A DNA stretch of 64,000 nt from Octopus vulgaris. Lineage: Eukaryota. Positions 51,133-64,000 of the stretch are shown here, piece by piece. Location: the NCBI GenBank assembly GCA_951406725.2, contig OX597814.1, positions 67,642,001 to 67,706,000 on the forward strand, read 5' to 3'. Position 1 is the first letter of the stretch. Every line of letters starts with the position of its first letter. The translations under genes and the position numbers were made by a program. The notes beneath the pieces are model-generated. The model ran no database searches, was not told the origin of the DNA, and was given only the letters and a program-made list of their open reading frames with translations.

Positions 51133-54033
51133 TATTTGTAAAATTATTTTTATAACTATCAATCTGCAATATTTCTAGATTTAAAAAAAAAAATCATATT
51201 CAATAATTTTTATTTACATTTTACTTCTAAAAGAATACTAGACAAAACTGGTTTGATGAAACATTTGTCTGCATTTATATAAGCTTTATTCAACAGTTTT
51301 ATATCTGCAACAAAGAAAATAAAAATTTTACATGCAGTACAATGTATAAAGCTGAGTCCTAAAATAATGTAAATAAAAATTGGATTACTTTCTGATTCAC
51401 TGTCATAGTTCATCATTTATTGTCATCCACATTATCTTTGTGAACAGGAAAATGGGTTGAAGCTAATCACCGACAAGTTCAATAATATTTGCATACAAAA
51501 TAAAAATACAAGGGCAAATGTGACATTCATCATCATCATCATTGTCATAATTTAATGTCCATTTCCATGCTGGCAATGACTGGATGATTTGATAGGAGCT
51601 GAACTAGCAGGCTGTGCTTATGGTTGTGCTTAGGCATGTTTTCTACAGTTAGATGTCCTCCCTAATGTCAATTACTTTACAGAATGTACCGGGTGCCTTT
51701 TATGTAGTACAGCACCAGCAAGGTAACCAGGTAACTTGCAAGACAAGTTACTTCAACTGAAGAACGGCTAGTATTGAAGGAGGTGGCTTTGTACCAGGTG
51801 ATGAGAATATAGAGTATGATAGAGGGATAGAAATAGGTGTAGAGGAGATGGTGAAGAAGAATGTGTAGGAGCATACCCTCGAGTTACATTGAGGTGTACA
51901 TAAGGAGTACAGAAGATTGAATAGGATGAGTCGGCAAGTAAGTTTACTGGAATGAAAGGAAACTGAGATGAAGGGGTGGGGAATGCAGTAAATGGTAAAC
52001 ATGGGTTGAGGGAGGAGGTATTAGGAAAGTGAGTTGTAGGGGAGAGTATTATCAGGAACAGATTATGTGTAGGGGCATAGATATAAACAATGTTCCTTTA
52101 GGGCCTCATATTTACTTAGATTGATGGGTTTTCTTAAGCACAGTAAATTGCCAATCATCCCAATCCGTTGTCACTTCCTATGATGCTCAACATCTGAAGG
52201 CCATTTTTCATCACTTTGTTTCATGTCTTCCTCTTCCACAAGTTCCAGCCGCATTTTGTGATGGGCCTTTCATTATGCAGCTGTTTTCATCCATACTCAT
52301 CACATGACCACACCAGTGTAGTCCCCTCTCTTGTGCACTATATCAGATGCCTCTTTTGCCCAATATTTCTCTCAGCACATTTACACATTGTCATACATAT
52401 ACACTGACATTGCACACCCAGCAGAGCATGCTGGCTTCATTATTTTCAAGCTTTCCCATATCCTCTGCATTGATAGATCAGGTTTCACTACCATGTAGCA
52501 TAGCTACATATAATCTGCCTTTCACTCTAAGGGAGAAGCTCTTTGTTATCAACAAAGATAATTTCACACCAAATTTCCCCAGCTGATTCCTATTCTAGGG
52601 TTTTTTAACTTGAAGGGTTTTTTAACTGAAGAAATCAACTCCAGGACATTCTTTGTAAGCCTAGTACTTATTTTATTGGTCTCTTTGCCAAACTGTTAAG
52701 TTATGAAGAAGGTGAACACACCAACATCAGTTGTCAAGTGATGGTTGGGTGACAAACACAGACACAAAGGCACACACACATAAATATATATATATATATA
52801 TACAATGAGCTTCTTTCAGTTTCCATCTACCAAATCCACTCACAAGGCTTTGGTTGGCCTGAGGCTATAGTAGAAGACAATTGCCTAAGGTACCATGCAG
52901 TGGGACTGAACCCAAAACCATGAGGTTGAAGCAAGCAGCTTCCAATACACCTGTGTCTTAGGTCAAAAAAACTATCTACTACCTCTAAGGGTCCACCTGA
53001 GCATTTGAGGAAATCTATTTCCTGGATGTTCTTAGTGTTTATTGTTGCTGCATATCTGCCACACACAGAGTCTACTTTCTCTGTTGACCTTCCTGTGCTT
53101 CCATTGCACCTCTTTTATGTCCACAGCTTGCATTGGGTAAACAGTATGGAATTTCTACCTATCAAGCAGGGACATTTCCTGAAAGGGATTAGTAATTTAT
53201 CTGCTTTCCTGCTTACTCAGACTTAGGTTTTTGCTAAGTTAACTTTGTCCTTTAATTTCTCTATAGAATCAGCTGTAAGAACAAGGACATCAGAGGAGCT
53301 TCCATGCGTAATCAGTAACCCTCTCAGACCTGAATCCTTATGTCTAACTTTACCCTCTACCTGGGCAAAAATGTAAATAGTTGTATACAGAGCTCAGAGT
53401 AATGATTGCAGGTAAGCTAATGGACAGAATCACAAAAAAATTCAGGAGAATGACAATAATAGGTTTTGGTTTGCAAGATTCTTTATGTGAGTTTGTGTGT
53501 TGAAGTATATTTTGTTGTGTCTGGGGAGGGTCATTCTCTTTTTGTGCCTTATTATTCAACACACTCACTGGTTCAGTTTCCACTCATTTACTTCTTTATT
53601 TTTACAAAAATTTTCATTGCATCTTGCATTGATTCTGTCCGTTATCCAAGCTGCATTCTTTTTGTTTATTTGTGCACGTGTATGCATGTGTGTGTGTGCA
53701 TGTATGTATGTGTGTATGTATGTATTCTGCATATTCATGTGTTTGTGTGTCTTATGTGTGTTTGCATATGTGTGTGTGCATACCTCTGTCTCCTAGTGTG
53801 TGCATGTTTGAGTGTGTCTGTGTATGGATTTTTGTGACTATGTATGTGTGTCTGTTATGTTTGGATGTGTGTCTCCATATATGTCCTTGCGTGATGTGTG
53901 AATGTGAGTATATGGTCATGTATTTCAGTTTTCATTTGCATATGTATGTGTGCTTGTCTGTTCATATTACCTATCTATCTGTTTATATTCATATCCATTT
54001 ACCTACATATATATGCATATACATATATACATA

Positions 54034-54067
<34 letters not shown>

Positions 54068-54201
54068 CATGTATATATATATTATAATGGAATAATTACT
54101 ATGAAACATTGTGTAGAATATATTGTATAAAGGATTGTGGGCAAGGTCAAAACAATATGAAGTAAATCACAATGTTGCTGATGTGTGCACATTGGCAACA
54201 T

Positions 54202-54250
54202 TTGTGTTTTTCTTGAAAATAGGGTCATAACCCCGAAATATTGAATACAA
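54202..54250 (+). ncRNA. Possible hammerhead motif, U3-A8 variant
   Basis: UUGUGUUUUUC-UUGAAAA-uaGGG ucauaa CCCc-GAAAUAUU-GAAUACAA in a short insert bounded by (TA)n. Confidence 0.35.
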
Positions 54251-54417
54251 GGTAAGTCTACATTAATTCACATATTTGTTTTCTTGTGATTCACCTTGCA
54301 TTTACCACGCACTGTTTTGGCCTAACCCATGATCCTTTATACATTATATATATATATACACACACACAAGTACAGACACATACATACATCTACATAACAG
54401 CCCACTAACTATTCAAC

Positions 54418-55100
54418 ATCATCCTCATCATCATCTTCATCATCGTTTAACATCCGTTTTCCATGCTAGCATGGGTTGGACGGTTTGACCGGGGTCTGGG
54501 AAGCCAGGAGGCTGCACCAGGCTCCAGTATGATCTGGCAGTGTTTCTACAGCTAGATGCCCTTCCTAATGTGTAGTGGGTGCCTTTTACATGCCACCGGC
54601 ACAGGTGCCAGGCGAGGCTGGTAACGGCCACAATTGGTTGGTGCTTTTTACGTGCCACTGGCATGGAAGCCAGTCAAGGAGGCGCTGGCAATGGCCACGT
54701 ACAGATGGTGCTTTTAACGTGCCGCTGGCACAGGTATCACTACTACAATTTCTATTTGATTTTTTGATGTTGATGTACTTAGCTCAATAGGCCTCCTCAA
54801 GCACAGCAGGCCGTCCTGCGATCCAAGACACTTTGGAAGGACTGGGGAACAGCCATGAACTCACATTATTTGTCGGGTCTTCGCAGTCACAGCATATCTC
54901 CAGAGGTCTCGGTCTTTCGTCATTGCTTCTGTGAGACCCGACATTCGAAGGTCATGTTTGACCACCTCATCCCATGTCTTCCTGGGTCTACCTCTCCCCC
55001 GGATTCCTTCAACTGTTTGGGAGTGGCACTTCTTCACACATCTCTCCTCATCCATCCGTAGTACATGACCATACCAGTGCAGATGTCTCTCTTTCATGCC
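54418..55100 (-). mobile_element. RTE 3' fragment
   Basis: ERHLHWYGHVLRMDEERCVKK..GRGRPRKTWDEVVKHDL..DRDLWR plus 3' UTR; similar debris at 52100-53300, 60050-61140 and 62870-63240. Confidence 0.85.
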
Positions 55101-56283
55101 AAGGTATAAAATATAATTCAAGGTATAAAATACTACAAATCACTAAACATACTTCAATATCCTAGAAATTCATTTGTCCATGATTTTCTTATCAAATACT
55201 CTTTGAAGAAATTGAGAGGAGAATTGTTTCCATCAATCTATCTAATAAAGCTATTAATTAATATACTATCTTAATTTATATCATCTTCATTTATCAAATG
55301 CTTAACCTTACCAAAAATGCTTTTACCAGTCACAGTGGCATCATCATCATCATCATCCTTATTACCATCATCATCATCACCATCATTATCTTCATTGGTT
55401 TAATGGCCAAGTAAATAAGCACTATTGACTAATCCTGTTCACATCCTCAGATCTGTAAACAATTCTACACAATGGCTTCCTTCTTTTTGTCCAGGTTTGG
55501 CCTCAGCCATTGTAAAGCAAAGTTAGCTCCTTATGTCAGTTTATTTAAATACTATAAATATGATAGCTTATATGAGTCTATGAACTTGCAAAAGAGAGCC
55601 GTACATTTAATTTATGAAAATGTACCAATAGACTGAAATGTCTATATACTGTTTCATATCACTTCAAAAAAAAAAAAAGAAAAGAAAATTAAAGAAAAGA
55701 AATGTAAAAGAACTGTATGCTATTATTACTAATGAAGACTTTTGCAAAATTATCTTACAAATATCCTCAGCATATATACTCTTTGTATAAATGATATTAT
55801 ATAAAATGATTTTTAAAAATACTTTAGAAATATAAACAGATACAAAACAAGATTAAAGTATCACTGATATCATGAGAAAAAAATGTATTTTGCTATTTAG
55901 TTTTGAATTATTTTTGTGGCTTCTATTTTATCAAATTACATCACTTGAAAGAGAATAATTTCGATGGTTCTTCTTTCTATCACTCTTTGATTCTAAAGAT
56001 ATTTATCCTATTTCATCAAATATAAAATTTTTACTCTTTGATTCATGTACATTGAGCTAAGTCTGCTAAAGCTAGACATCAGTTCATTATTTCACAAAGC
56101 ACCACCACATCTGAATATATTGATTTTATCATTATTTTTCTTTATTTTCCAAATCTAAACAATTTGTGAAAAATTACCACTGTATATATATGTATATATA
56201 TAATAATAAATATTAGGGAATAAATCCAAATTTACAGGGAAAAATTAGATTTAGGATTGAATCCAATTTTATAGTAAAATATT

Positions 56284-56461
56284 ATATTATATTAAATTAG
56301 AGACAAAACCACTATTATGCAAATCAAACAAAGAAAGACTTAAGCCAATACATAAAATAATTTATATAATTAAATTTAATTATATAAATTATTTTATGTA
56401 TTGGCTTAAGTCTTTCTTTGTTTGATTTGCATAATAGTGGTTTTGTCTCTAATTTAATATA

Positions 56462-56465
<4 letters not shown>
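56284..56465. repeat. Perfect spacerless palindrome, 2 x 91 bp
   Basis: Centre TAAA|TTTA at 56374/56375; arms are reverse complements by inspection. Confidence 0.9.
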
Positions 56466-56504
<39 letters not shown>

Positions 56505-56509
<5 letters not shown>

Positions 56510-57945
56510 TGGGTATAGGGATATGGCTACCTACTATGTATATTTCCAATTTAGTACTGGGGATGTTTCATTTATGTGGACATACTCCTGTATTTGTCTA
56601 AGAGTTGGGTCTTTCAGGTGCTTGGATAAAATGTGGAGGTCAAGTTAATCCAGGTTGCCTCCATGTTGGTAGAGTATGGAGGACTGTTTTTATCGTCATA
56701 TTGTCTCAAATGTTCATTCAGTCTTTCTGCAATGCTCCATGATGCCTTCCCTATATATTTCATGTTTGTGTCTTTACAAGCACCTTATGCAGTAGACTAC
56801 ATTTCGAGTTCTACAGTTAATCCTGCATACCATGCAGTTATCATTGGTGCATGTGGTATTCTCAAAGAAGTACATCCTACATAGTTGTGATCTGATGGAG
56901 CTCCCTGGCATTTCAACGATCTTAACATTAAGTTTGGCCTCCCTCAAAGCTCTCCTAAATCTACGGGCTAGTTCTCCATGGGCTGTGGCATCTACAAACA
57001 TCACTCCTTGATAATTGTCTGTCTTGTACCATGTGTTCACCCTGTTTGCTTTGTCACAAGTTCTTTCTATCCTATTCCAGTCTTTGTACATTTAGGGCAG
57101 GTAGCACTGGTTTCATTACATATGATGTTATCTAACTTCTTTCTAGCATCCCTATATACTCGAATCCTATCTTTCTGATCATATCCAGAGAATTGCATGT
57201 GGTGCATGAAGTTCTGCACATGTTCCTTTGTTTCACAGGGTTTGCATAGTGGGGAGACATTGTTCATTATCCTAAGTCTGATATCAATATTTGATTTTCA
57301 TGTTGTGTGACAAAGCTGAGGTCTTGTGAACATTGTATTTCAAAGCGATGGGTTTCATGTTATAGGAGTGGAGGAGCTGCATTCTGTTGTTCAAAGTCTC
57401 TAACCAAAGTTCAGTATCAAGGACGGGGTGTCTATTGTTAAGGTGCCTAGTGGGATAATCTATAGTTACCTTGATACTTTGGAAGATGGAGTTAGCTACA
57501 TGCTGGAGGCTCTCCATTATGTTCCTCAAGGTTTCTGCATTACCATTACTAGAGTTGGTCTTAACTAGAATATTAATGCCATCTACATACCTACAGTAAA
57601 GTAAAAGAGTTGTGGACTGTTCTGCTAAGGATTGTTTAAGTTTTCTGCCCCATCAGGTGATGAAGAGTTTGGCCACATCTCCAGCTACACTGGCACCAAT
57701 GGCTGCACTTTGAACCTGCATGTATAGTTTCCTGTTAAACTTTACTATGTGGTTACTCTTTTACTTGTTTCAGTCATTTTACTTCAGCCATGCTGGAGCA
57801 CTGCCTTTAGTTGAGCAAACTGACCCCAGGACTTATTCTTTGTAAGCCTAGTACTTATTCAAATCGGTCTCTTTTGCTGAACTGCTAACTTACGGGGATG
57901 TAAACACACCAGCATCGGTTGTCAAGCAATGTTGGAGGGGGACAA

Positions 57946-57984
<39 letters not shown>

Positions 57985-59230
57985 CGAGGAGCTTCTTTCA
58001 GTTTCCGTCTACCAAATCCACTCACAAGGCATTGGTCGGCCCAAGGCTATAGTAGAAGACACTTGCCCAAGGTGCCACGCAGTAGGACTGAACCTGGACC
58101 CATGTGGTTCATAAGCAAGCTACTTACTACACAGTCACTCCTGTGCCTATTCTTCAAGATGATTCTTATGTTAGCCCCTATTGCATGTGCAATCATTCTT
58201 TTCACCTGATTGTTGTTCTCGGGATCTAGAGTGGGCATGGTCCAGCCACTCCAGCGCTTTTCTTCACTGCTGAGGTGATGGTGGGTGGTCTTCCCCTCTG
58301 TAACTTGGTGGAGCAGAATCTACTAAGGCCATGGTTGATAGATAGTTACTGTCATAGCTTAGTTTAAGGAGGAGGCACAGTTCCCTCACGTTGACTTCAC
58401 TCTCATAGATAGTCTCAATGCATTTTTCCACCGCAAAATCTATGTCTATAGATGGGTAGAGTGAAATTACATCCATACTATCCACTAAACAACCTGTGAG
58501 GTCATTGGAGTGGTTGCAACTACTGATTCTACTGGGGAGATACTCCATGCTCACAGACATCTGGGGACATTTCTGAGTGGTTATAACACATGTGAGAGGA
58601 AGTAGCATAGTCTATAATTGCTGGAGATATTCACTCTGCAAACTGGTCGGGTCGGGGGCCCCATAACGGGGTTTACATAGGGTTTATGGTCTTTACACAA
58701 TTTGTATAACGTAGGAACATTGTAGAACACTTGGAAATAATGTGCAGCCCGTTTCTTGGGTTGGAGTATGTTGCACCACATTCTCATGTGTACATTGAGG
58801 AGTTTTTCCACTCTTTCATGTTCCTGGGGTGCAACTTCCCTCATGCTACTGATATGTTGTTGCATGATCTGGACATAATTCTGTGGGCTGTAAATTGAGT
58901 CTGCCAGACTTGTCTGTAGGGAGGCACAGTAATTCCATATTTCTAATTCGCTGTTTCAGTTTTTGTAGGCCTTTGGCAACAGATGAAATGAGTTGGTGGA
59001 TCTCCCCCTCATTATGTTTTTTAGTGATTTTGTTGTACTGGTCTAAGATGTGTCGGAGTCTATTTCTAGCTAAGGAGATCTTTACTAGAAACAGACTCTC
59101 ACTGTCAATCTGGGGTGGGAAACATACCCTTTTGTTGAAGGTCAAGTCTATCGGGTAAATCCTTGTCATGTCATATGATTTATTGTTAGGGTTGTAGAAG
59201 ACAGAGTGTAGGGTGTTATTATCGTTGTGG
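56505..59230 (-). mobile_element. Second PLE, old and fragmented, interrupted by a SINE
   Basis: PTDKSGR, KDHKP..GPPTRPVC, SMDVISLYPSID, YCRYVDG, PVLDTELW, MQFSGY, VMFVDATAHGELA, C..C..NC..RNVVYCIRC (GIY-YIG). Confidence 0.85.
57754..58149 (-). mobile_element. SINE family A inserted into the PLE RT region
   Basis: Homologous to 48699-49101; PLE coding sequence resumes on both sides. Confidence 0.8.
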
Positions 59231-59459
59231 TTGTTTTTATAGTTGCTAGTGGTGGTGGTAGTGCTTATGTTGTATCCGTTGTTGTTGTTATTGTTGTGGG
59301 TAATGTTGATGTTGGTGGTAGTGGTGTGAATGATGTTGGTATTGTTGTTATTCTAGTTAAGACCAATTCTAGGAAAGTGTTGGGTCCATTCTCTATTTGT
59401 GCCTTATTATTTAACACACTCACCATTTCAGTTTCCACTCATTTACTTCTTTATTTTTT

Positions 59460-59497
59460 CTAAAAATTTTCGTTACATCTTGCAACCTTTTCAATAG
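59460..59497 (-). ncRNA. Hammerhead motif (U3-A8), same family as 3064-3102
   Basis: CUA-UUGAAAA-g-GUUGC aagau GUAAC-GAAAAUUUUUAG; stem II kept through a G-U wobble. Confidence 0.5.
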
Positions 59498-62400
59498 TCG
59501 TTGACTCTGTCTGTTTAAGGTTGTGAGCTGGCAGAATCGTTAGCATGTGAGGCAAAATGCTTAGCAGTATTTCGTCTGCCGTTATGTTCTGAGTTTAAAT
59601 TCCGCCAAGGTCGACTTTGCCTTTCATCCTTTCAGGGTCGATAAATTAAGTACCAGTTGCACACTGGGGTTGATATAATCGATTTAATTTGTTTGTCCCC
59701 TTGTGGGTAGTAAAGAAATAGATATTTCGTCTGTCCTTACATTCTGAGTTCAAACTCCACCGAGGTCGACTTTGCCTATCATCCTTTCGGGGGTTGATAA
59801 ATTAAGTACCAACTGTGTACTAGGGTCGATCGAATCGACTGGCCTTCTCTCCCCAAATTTCAGCCCTTGTGCCTAGAGTAGAAAAGTGCTGGGTCCATCA
59901 CAAAATCCATTTTCTTTCAATTAAAAACAAAAGTAAACAGGTATAGGGGACACTACTAACAAAGAGTCATATACATAATGACTACAAAGCTGCAACATGA
60001 TCAGTTGACTATTTTTGGCATTTTATCTTCTTTTTCTATTTGTGTTGTTCATTACTGCTTTAACTGGAATCCTGTAGAGATTACATTTAGGCTACTCCTG
60101 CTAAACCAGGAACACAGCGCAATAGGATTAAACTCTTCTGTCATGACCTGTAGGGCTATAATAAATAAATGGGGGGCTAAAAACCGAGCCCTGGTGACCT
60201 GCTTGCACACTAAGTTCCTTACTATTTTCATTGTTGATTCTCACCTTACTGACAGTATCCCTGTACACGGCTTGAATGGCTCTCACTAGCCATTTTACTC
60301 CTAGCTTTCACTGACCACTGGATTTGAGAATGAGGGACAGTGTCAAAGGCTTGCTTCTTCTGCCGTTGCCTTATTAGGAAGACAGCATCAGTAGTGTTTC
60401 TTTCTGGTACATAACCAAACTGCATCTCATCTAGGTTAACTCTCTTCCTAATTAGTTGAGGTATAACCTTTTCTGTAACTTTCATTACCTGGTCCAGCGA
60501 CCGCAGGAAAAGCATTTAGCCAAAAGTAAATTGATGAATTTTGTATTTGTCAACATGGAGAAAGCCTTCGACACTGTCACTCACTCTCACATCCAGCAGC
60601 CACTGTGGAAGTTAGTAGATAAATGGCTAGTACAGGGATGCTGTCATTAAGATGAGCGTTAACAATGAACATAGTAAGAAATTTAGTTGAGTAAGACCCT
60701 TTCTGTAACTTTCATGACCTGGACAAGAAATTAAATACCTTTGCCATTACTTCTTAGGCATTCTGTTATCTTTGTAGAAGCTGACTATAATGCTGCTACA
60801 CCAGTCATTGTGTATAGTACTTTTCTGGACAACCTGATCAACCATACAGATGACTAGGCTGTATCCCACTCCACCAGATATTTTAAGGACCTTGGCAGTT
60901 ATTCCTGATGTACCAAGGGCTTTCCCAGTCTTCATATTTTCAATTGCTTTGTCTATCATACTGCTGTCAACCCAGATAGCTGATCCCTGTTGAGTCTACA
61001 TTAGGAAGACTCACCTTCATCCTTACATTCTCCACATTTAGCAGTTTCCATTAGTAGAAGCTTTCTTTTCAGAATTACTAAATGCATACACACTTCTATT
61101 CTACATCACAATTTCCTTTGAAAACACTGTCTCCCAATCTGGAATACCTCATTCTTCAAAGAATTTTATTCGCATAAACATCATCCTGATACAAATGTGA
61201 ATATTTTCTTGTAAGGCATGAAATTTTTAAAAGGCAATCAAGAGTTTGGAATTGCTTTACTAGGTGTCCAGACCTTTCATGTGCTAAATGCTGCTAACAT
61301 TTTCAAAGGAAGTGAAAAGTTAGCATGTGCCACATGTGTTTTGAGTTAAGAATGCAAGAAAGTATTTAGAGATATTTTAATGAGTTGATTGTATCAGCTG
61401 TGAAGTGTGAACCAGACTCTTGAAAAAGACAAAACAATGTTACAGTGAGAGAGAGAGAGGGGGGGGTTCTTTTAATGCTTGGTGTGTATAGGGAGCTTTT
61501 CAAGGATGCTGTCCCACAAATTCGAAGTATAAATAAAACACATACACTGTGTGTTGCTTTCAATTCGTAATTACACTGGATGGTTGTTGAAAGGAAAGCA
61601 ACCCTAAGTGCTTTCTTGTTTTGTGCCTTCTCTATTTCTACAATGTACACCATCATTATTCCCAACTATCGTCATTTTCTTGATTTGTTGTGACCTTGCT
61701 TTCTCTATTTCTATTCCATCATGTCTCTACCTATCACCATCTCCTTTCTCTCATCTTATGCAGATCCTTTTCCTTCAACTTCCATTCTGATATCACTATA
61801 TTCTTTTCACTCCTGCTTACTCAACAGTTACACATTTTCTCCACCTTTCTTGCACTTGTAGGACTAATATCCAAACTTCTAAATTTTCATTTTCTCCTCC
61901 CACATCACTTTGGTTAATTTTATTTTGTACTTTTTTAATCATAAAAGACTTCCAGCATACAAGTCAATATAAAATATAGTATTCAAACATTGTCACTGCT
62001 TTCCAAATCCTGCTGCATTTCACATAGAATCTTTGTTTCTCGAAAGTTGTCTTGGTGTATAAGTTGACCTACCTTTTTTGGCTGTAAATTTTAGTCTGAA
62101 AAATTCAACTTGTATGCCAGGAAATATGATGTGCATAATTTCTTTTTTGTCTAGTCTATAACAAAACACCTATGAGCTAATAGTAAAATACCAGCCAGGG
62201 TCGTTGCCAATGCTACTGGACTGTCTCTTGTGCAGGTGGCACGTAAAAAACACCATTTGAGCGTGGCCATTGCCAGTACTGCCTGACTGGTCCTCGTGCC
62301 GGTGGCACGTAAAAGAACCCATTGCACTCTCGGAGTGGTTAGCATTAGGAAGGGCATCCAGCTGTAGAAACTCTGCCAGATCAAGATTGGAGCCTGGTGC

Positions 62401-64000
62401 AGCCACCTGGGTCACCAGTACTCAGTCAAATTGCCCAACCTACGCTAGCATGGAAAGCGGACGTTAAACAACAATGATGATGATGATTTATACATTTTAA
62501 CTCTGAAAGGAAATATCCAAATAACTCAGACAAAGCTTAGTTACATCCTTTTTTGTCATCAATTTATCACCATCATCACACTTGCTGGCAATAGATAAAG
62601 ACTCTAATATTTTTATTTCAAGCTTGTCTTTTGCATTCTCTATATTGTCTAAGGCTCAACATCTAGAAATTTCATCTCAATGGTAATTACCCAAATCTCT
62701 AATGGTTATTTAACTGTTAGCAGATAGAAGTTCGTCAATCAGTTATTCATGGAAGTCACTATAACATTCATGATAAAACTATATCTTCTCAATTAATGTG
62801 AGATTTTGTAGTCACAGTTTCACTATGCTTCAAAGTCCACAGCATACTATAGTTCCGATAAGTATTAACTGGAGCATGAAGCGAACATGGTCCATTGGAT
62901 GGGTAATGTCAGTGTGCATGTACAACAGAGTATAAATGACTGAAAAAGAACTGGGTATAAGGGGCACCAGATATAGCATGCAAGGGAGAAGACTGTACTG
63001 GTATGCTCATGTGATGCATATGGATAAGGACAGTAGCATAAAAAAAGTGACAATCTCTAATTGTAAAGGGAACTTGTGTCAGGGATAGACCCAGGAAGAT
63101 GTGGAATGAAGTGGTGAGAAATGATCTGCAGAGGTTGAACTTCAGAGAGATGACAAAAGACCAAGACTTTTGGTGATTTGCTGTATTAGAGAAGACATGT
63201 CAAGCTAAGTAAAATCATGACCATACATACAGGCAAGTCCTGTGCAGCCATACTTCCATTTCCCTCACACATACAATTGTCCTCTGGCAAAACTCCCCTA
63301 TAACCCATCTTCCCAACAAAACCAACCACCCACTCTCCCTCATGTACCTATCAGCACACTCTCTCTGTCTTTACATATCTGCCAGGCCCACCTCCCAGCC
63401 ACTCCAATTCCTTTCATCATCACTTGCTATCTCTAAATATCTCTCCTCACACTCTTACTACTTATATTCTCCACCACTGTTCCTTCTGGGTATGCCTTTT
63501 TTTCTAACTTCCCTCTCCTTCTTTATACTACTGGGGTAGCCAAGTATCTCCTCTGTAGTAAGATAGCTATCCTTGTTCCTCTATAATAGTCCAACATCTT
63601 GCTTGGCTCATAGGCTTTTCTCTCATTTTCACTCTCGCTGCTGAGAGGTCCATGTCTTGCAAGCTACTTGGTAACCCTGCAAGAGCTGGAAAAGCACCCA
63701 TGCTGATGCTATGTAAAAAAGAACCTGTGCTAGTGTAACATAAAAAGCACCCTGTACAATCTGTAAAATGGTTGAAATTAAGAACATCCAGCAGTAGAAA
63801 CCATTCCAAAACAAACAATTGGAGCTTGGTGCAACCCTCTGGTTTGCCAGTTCATCTCAAGACTGTCCAACCCATGCCAGCATGGAGAATGAACATTAGA
63901 TGGTGATGATGAGGATTTAGATAATGGTTATTTTCAGAGTTGAAAGTGTAATGTTGATTAATTAATACTTTTTGGCTTAAAATTTCAGTCCTACTGCATG

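Noticed and set aside
51210-51304. Possible minus-strand terminal exon (xIKLLNKAYINADKCFIKPVLSSILLEVKCK*) after a ttgcag acceptor
   Set aside because: No partner exons or recognisable homology found, so a second gene cannot be supported.
62073-62095. Minus-strand 23-nt micro-exon-like signal (ttttcag|...AAG|gtaggt)
   Set aside because: Isolated splice-like motifs are expected by chance in AT-rich DNA, and no gene model links to it.

Overview
This is AT-rich, microsatellite-dense animal genomic DNA. The SINE and RTE repeat families look cephalopod (Octopus-like), which is an inference. Most listed ORFs are microsatellite or transposon artefacts. One complete gene, missed as a unit by the ORF track, can be assembled by hand on the + strand: 14 coding exons from 4972 to 44916, 1431 nt, 476 aa, with all intron phases compatible and one GC-AG intron. 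It encodes a divergent DEF8-like protein with an N-terminal MGCASS dual-acylation motif, three tandem C1 zinc-finger domains (each on a duplicated two-exon cassette) and a C-terminal Rubicon-homology (RH) domain. Introns and flanks hold two large Penelope-like elements (PLEs), three R4/Dong-like fragments, an RTE LINE and fragments, a young non-autonomous LTR element (tRNA-Trp PBS, PPT, 4-bp TSD), a solo LTR, a Helitron-like element and tRNA-derived SINEs. The second main signal is about a dozen minimal type-I hammerhead ribozyme motifs from several sequence families. Many sit in short fold-back elements inside (TA)n tracts, and several carry non-canonical U3-A8 or C4 cores. Everything was read by eye; no searches or folding programs were run.
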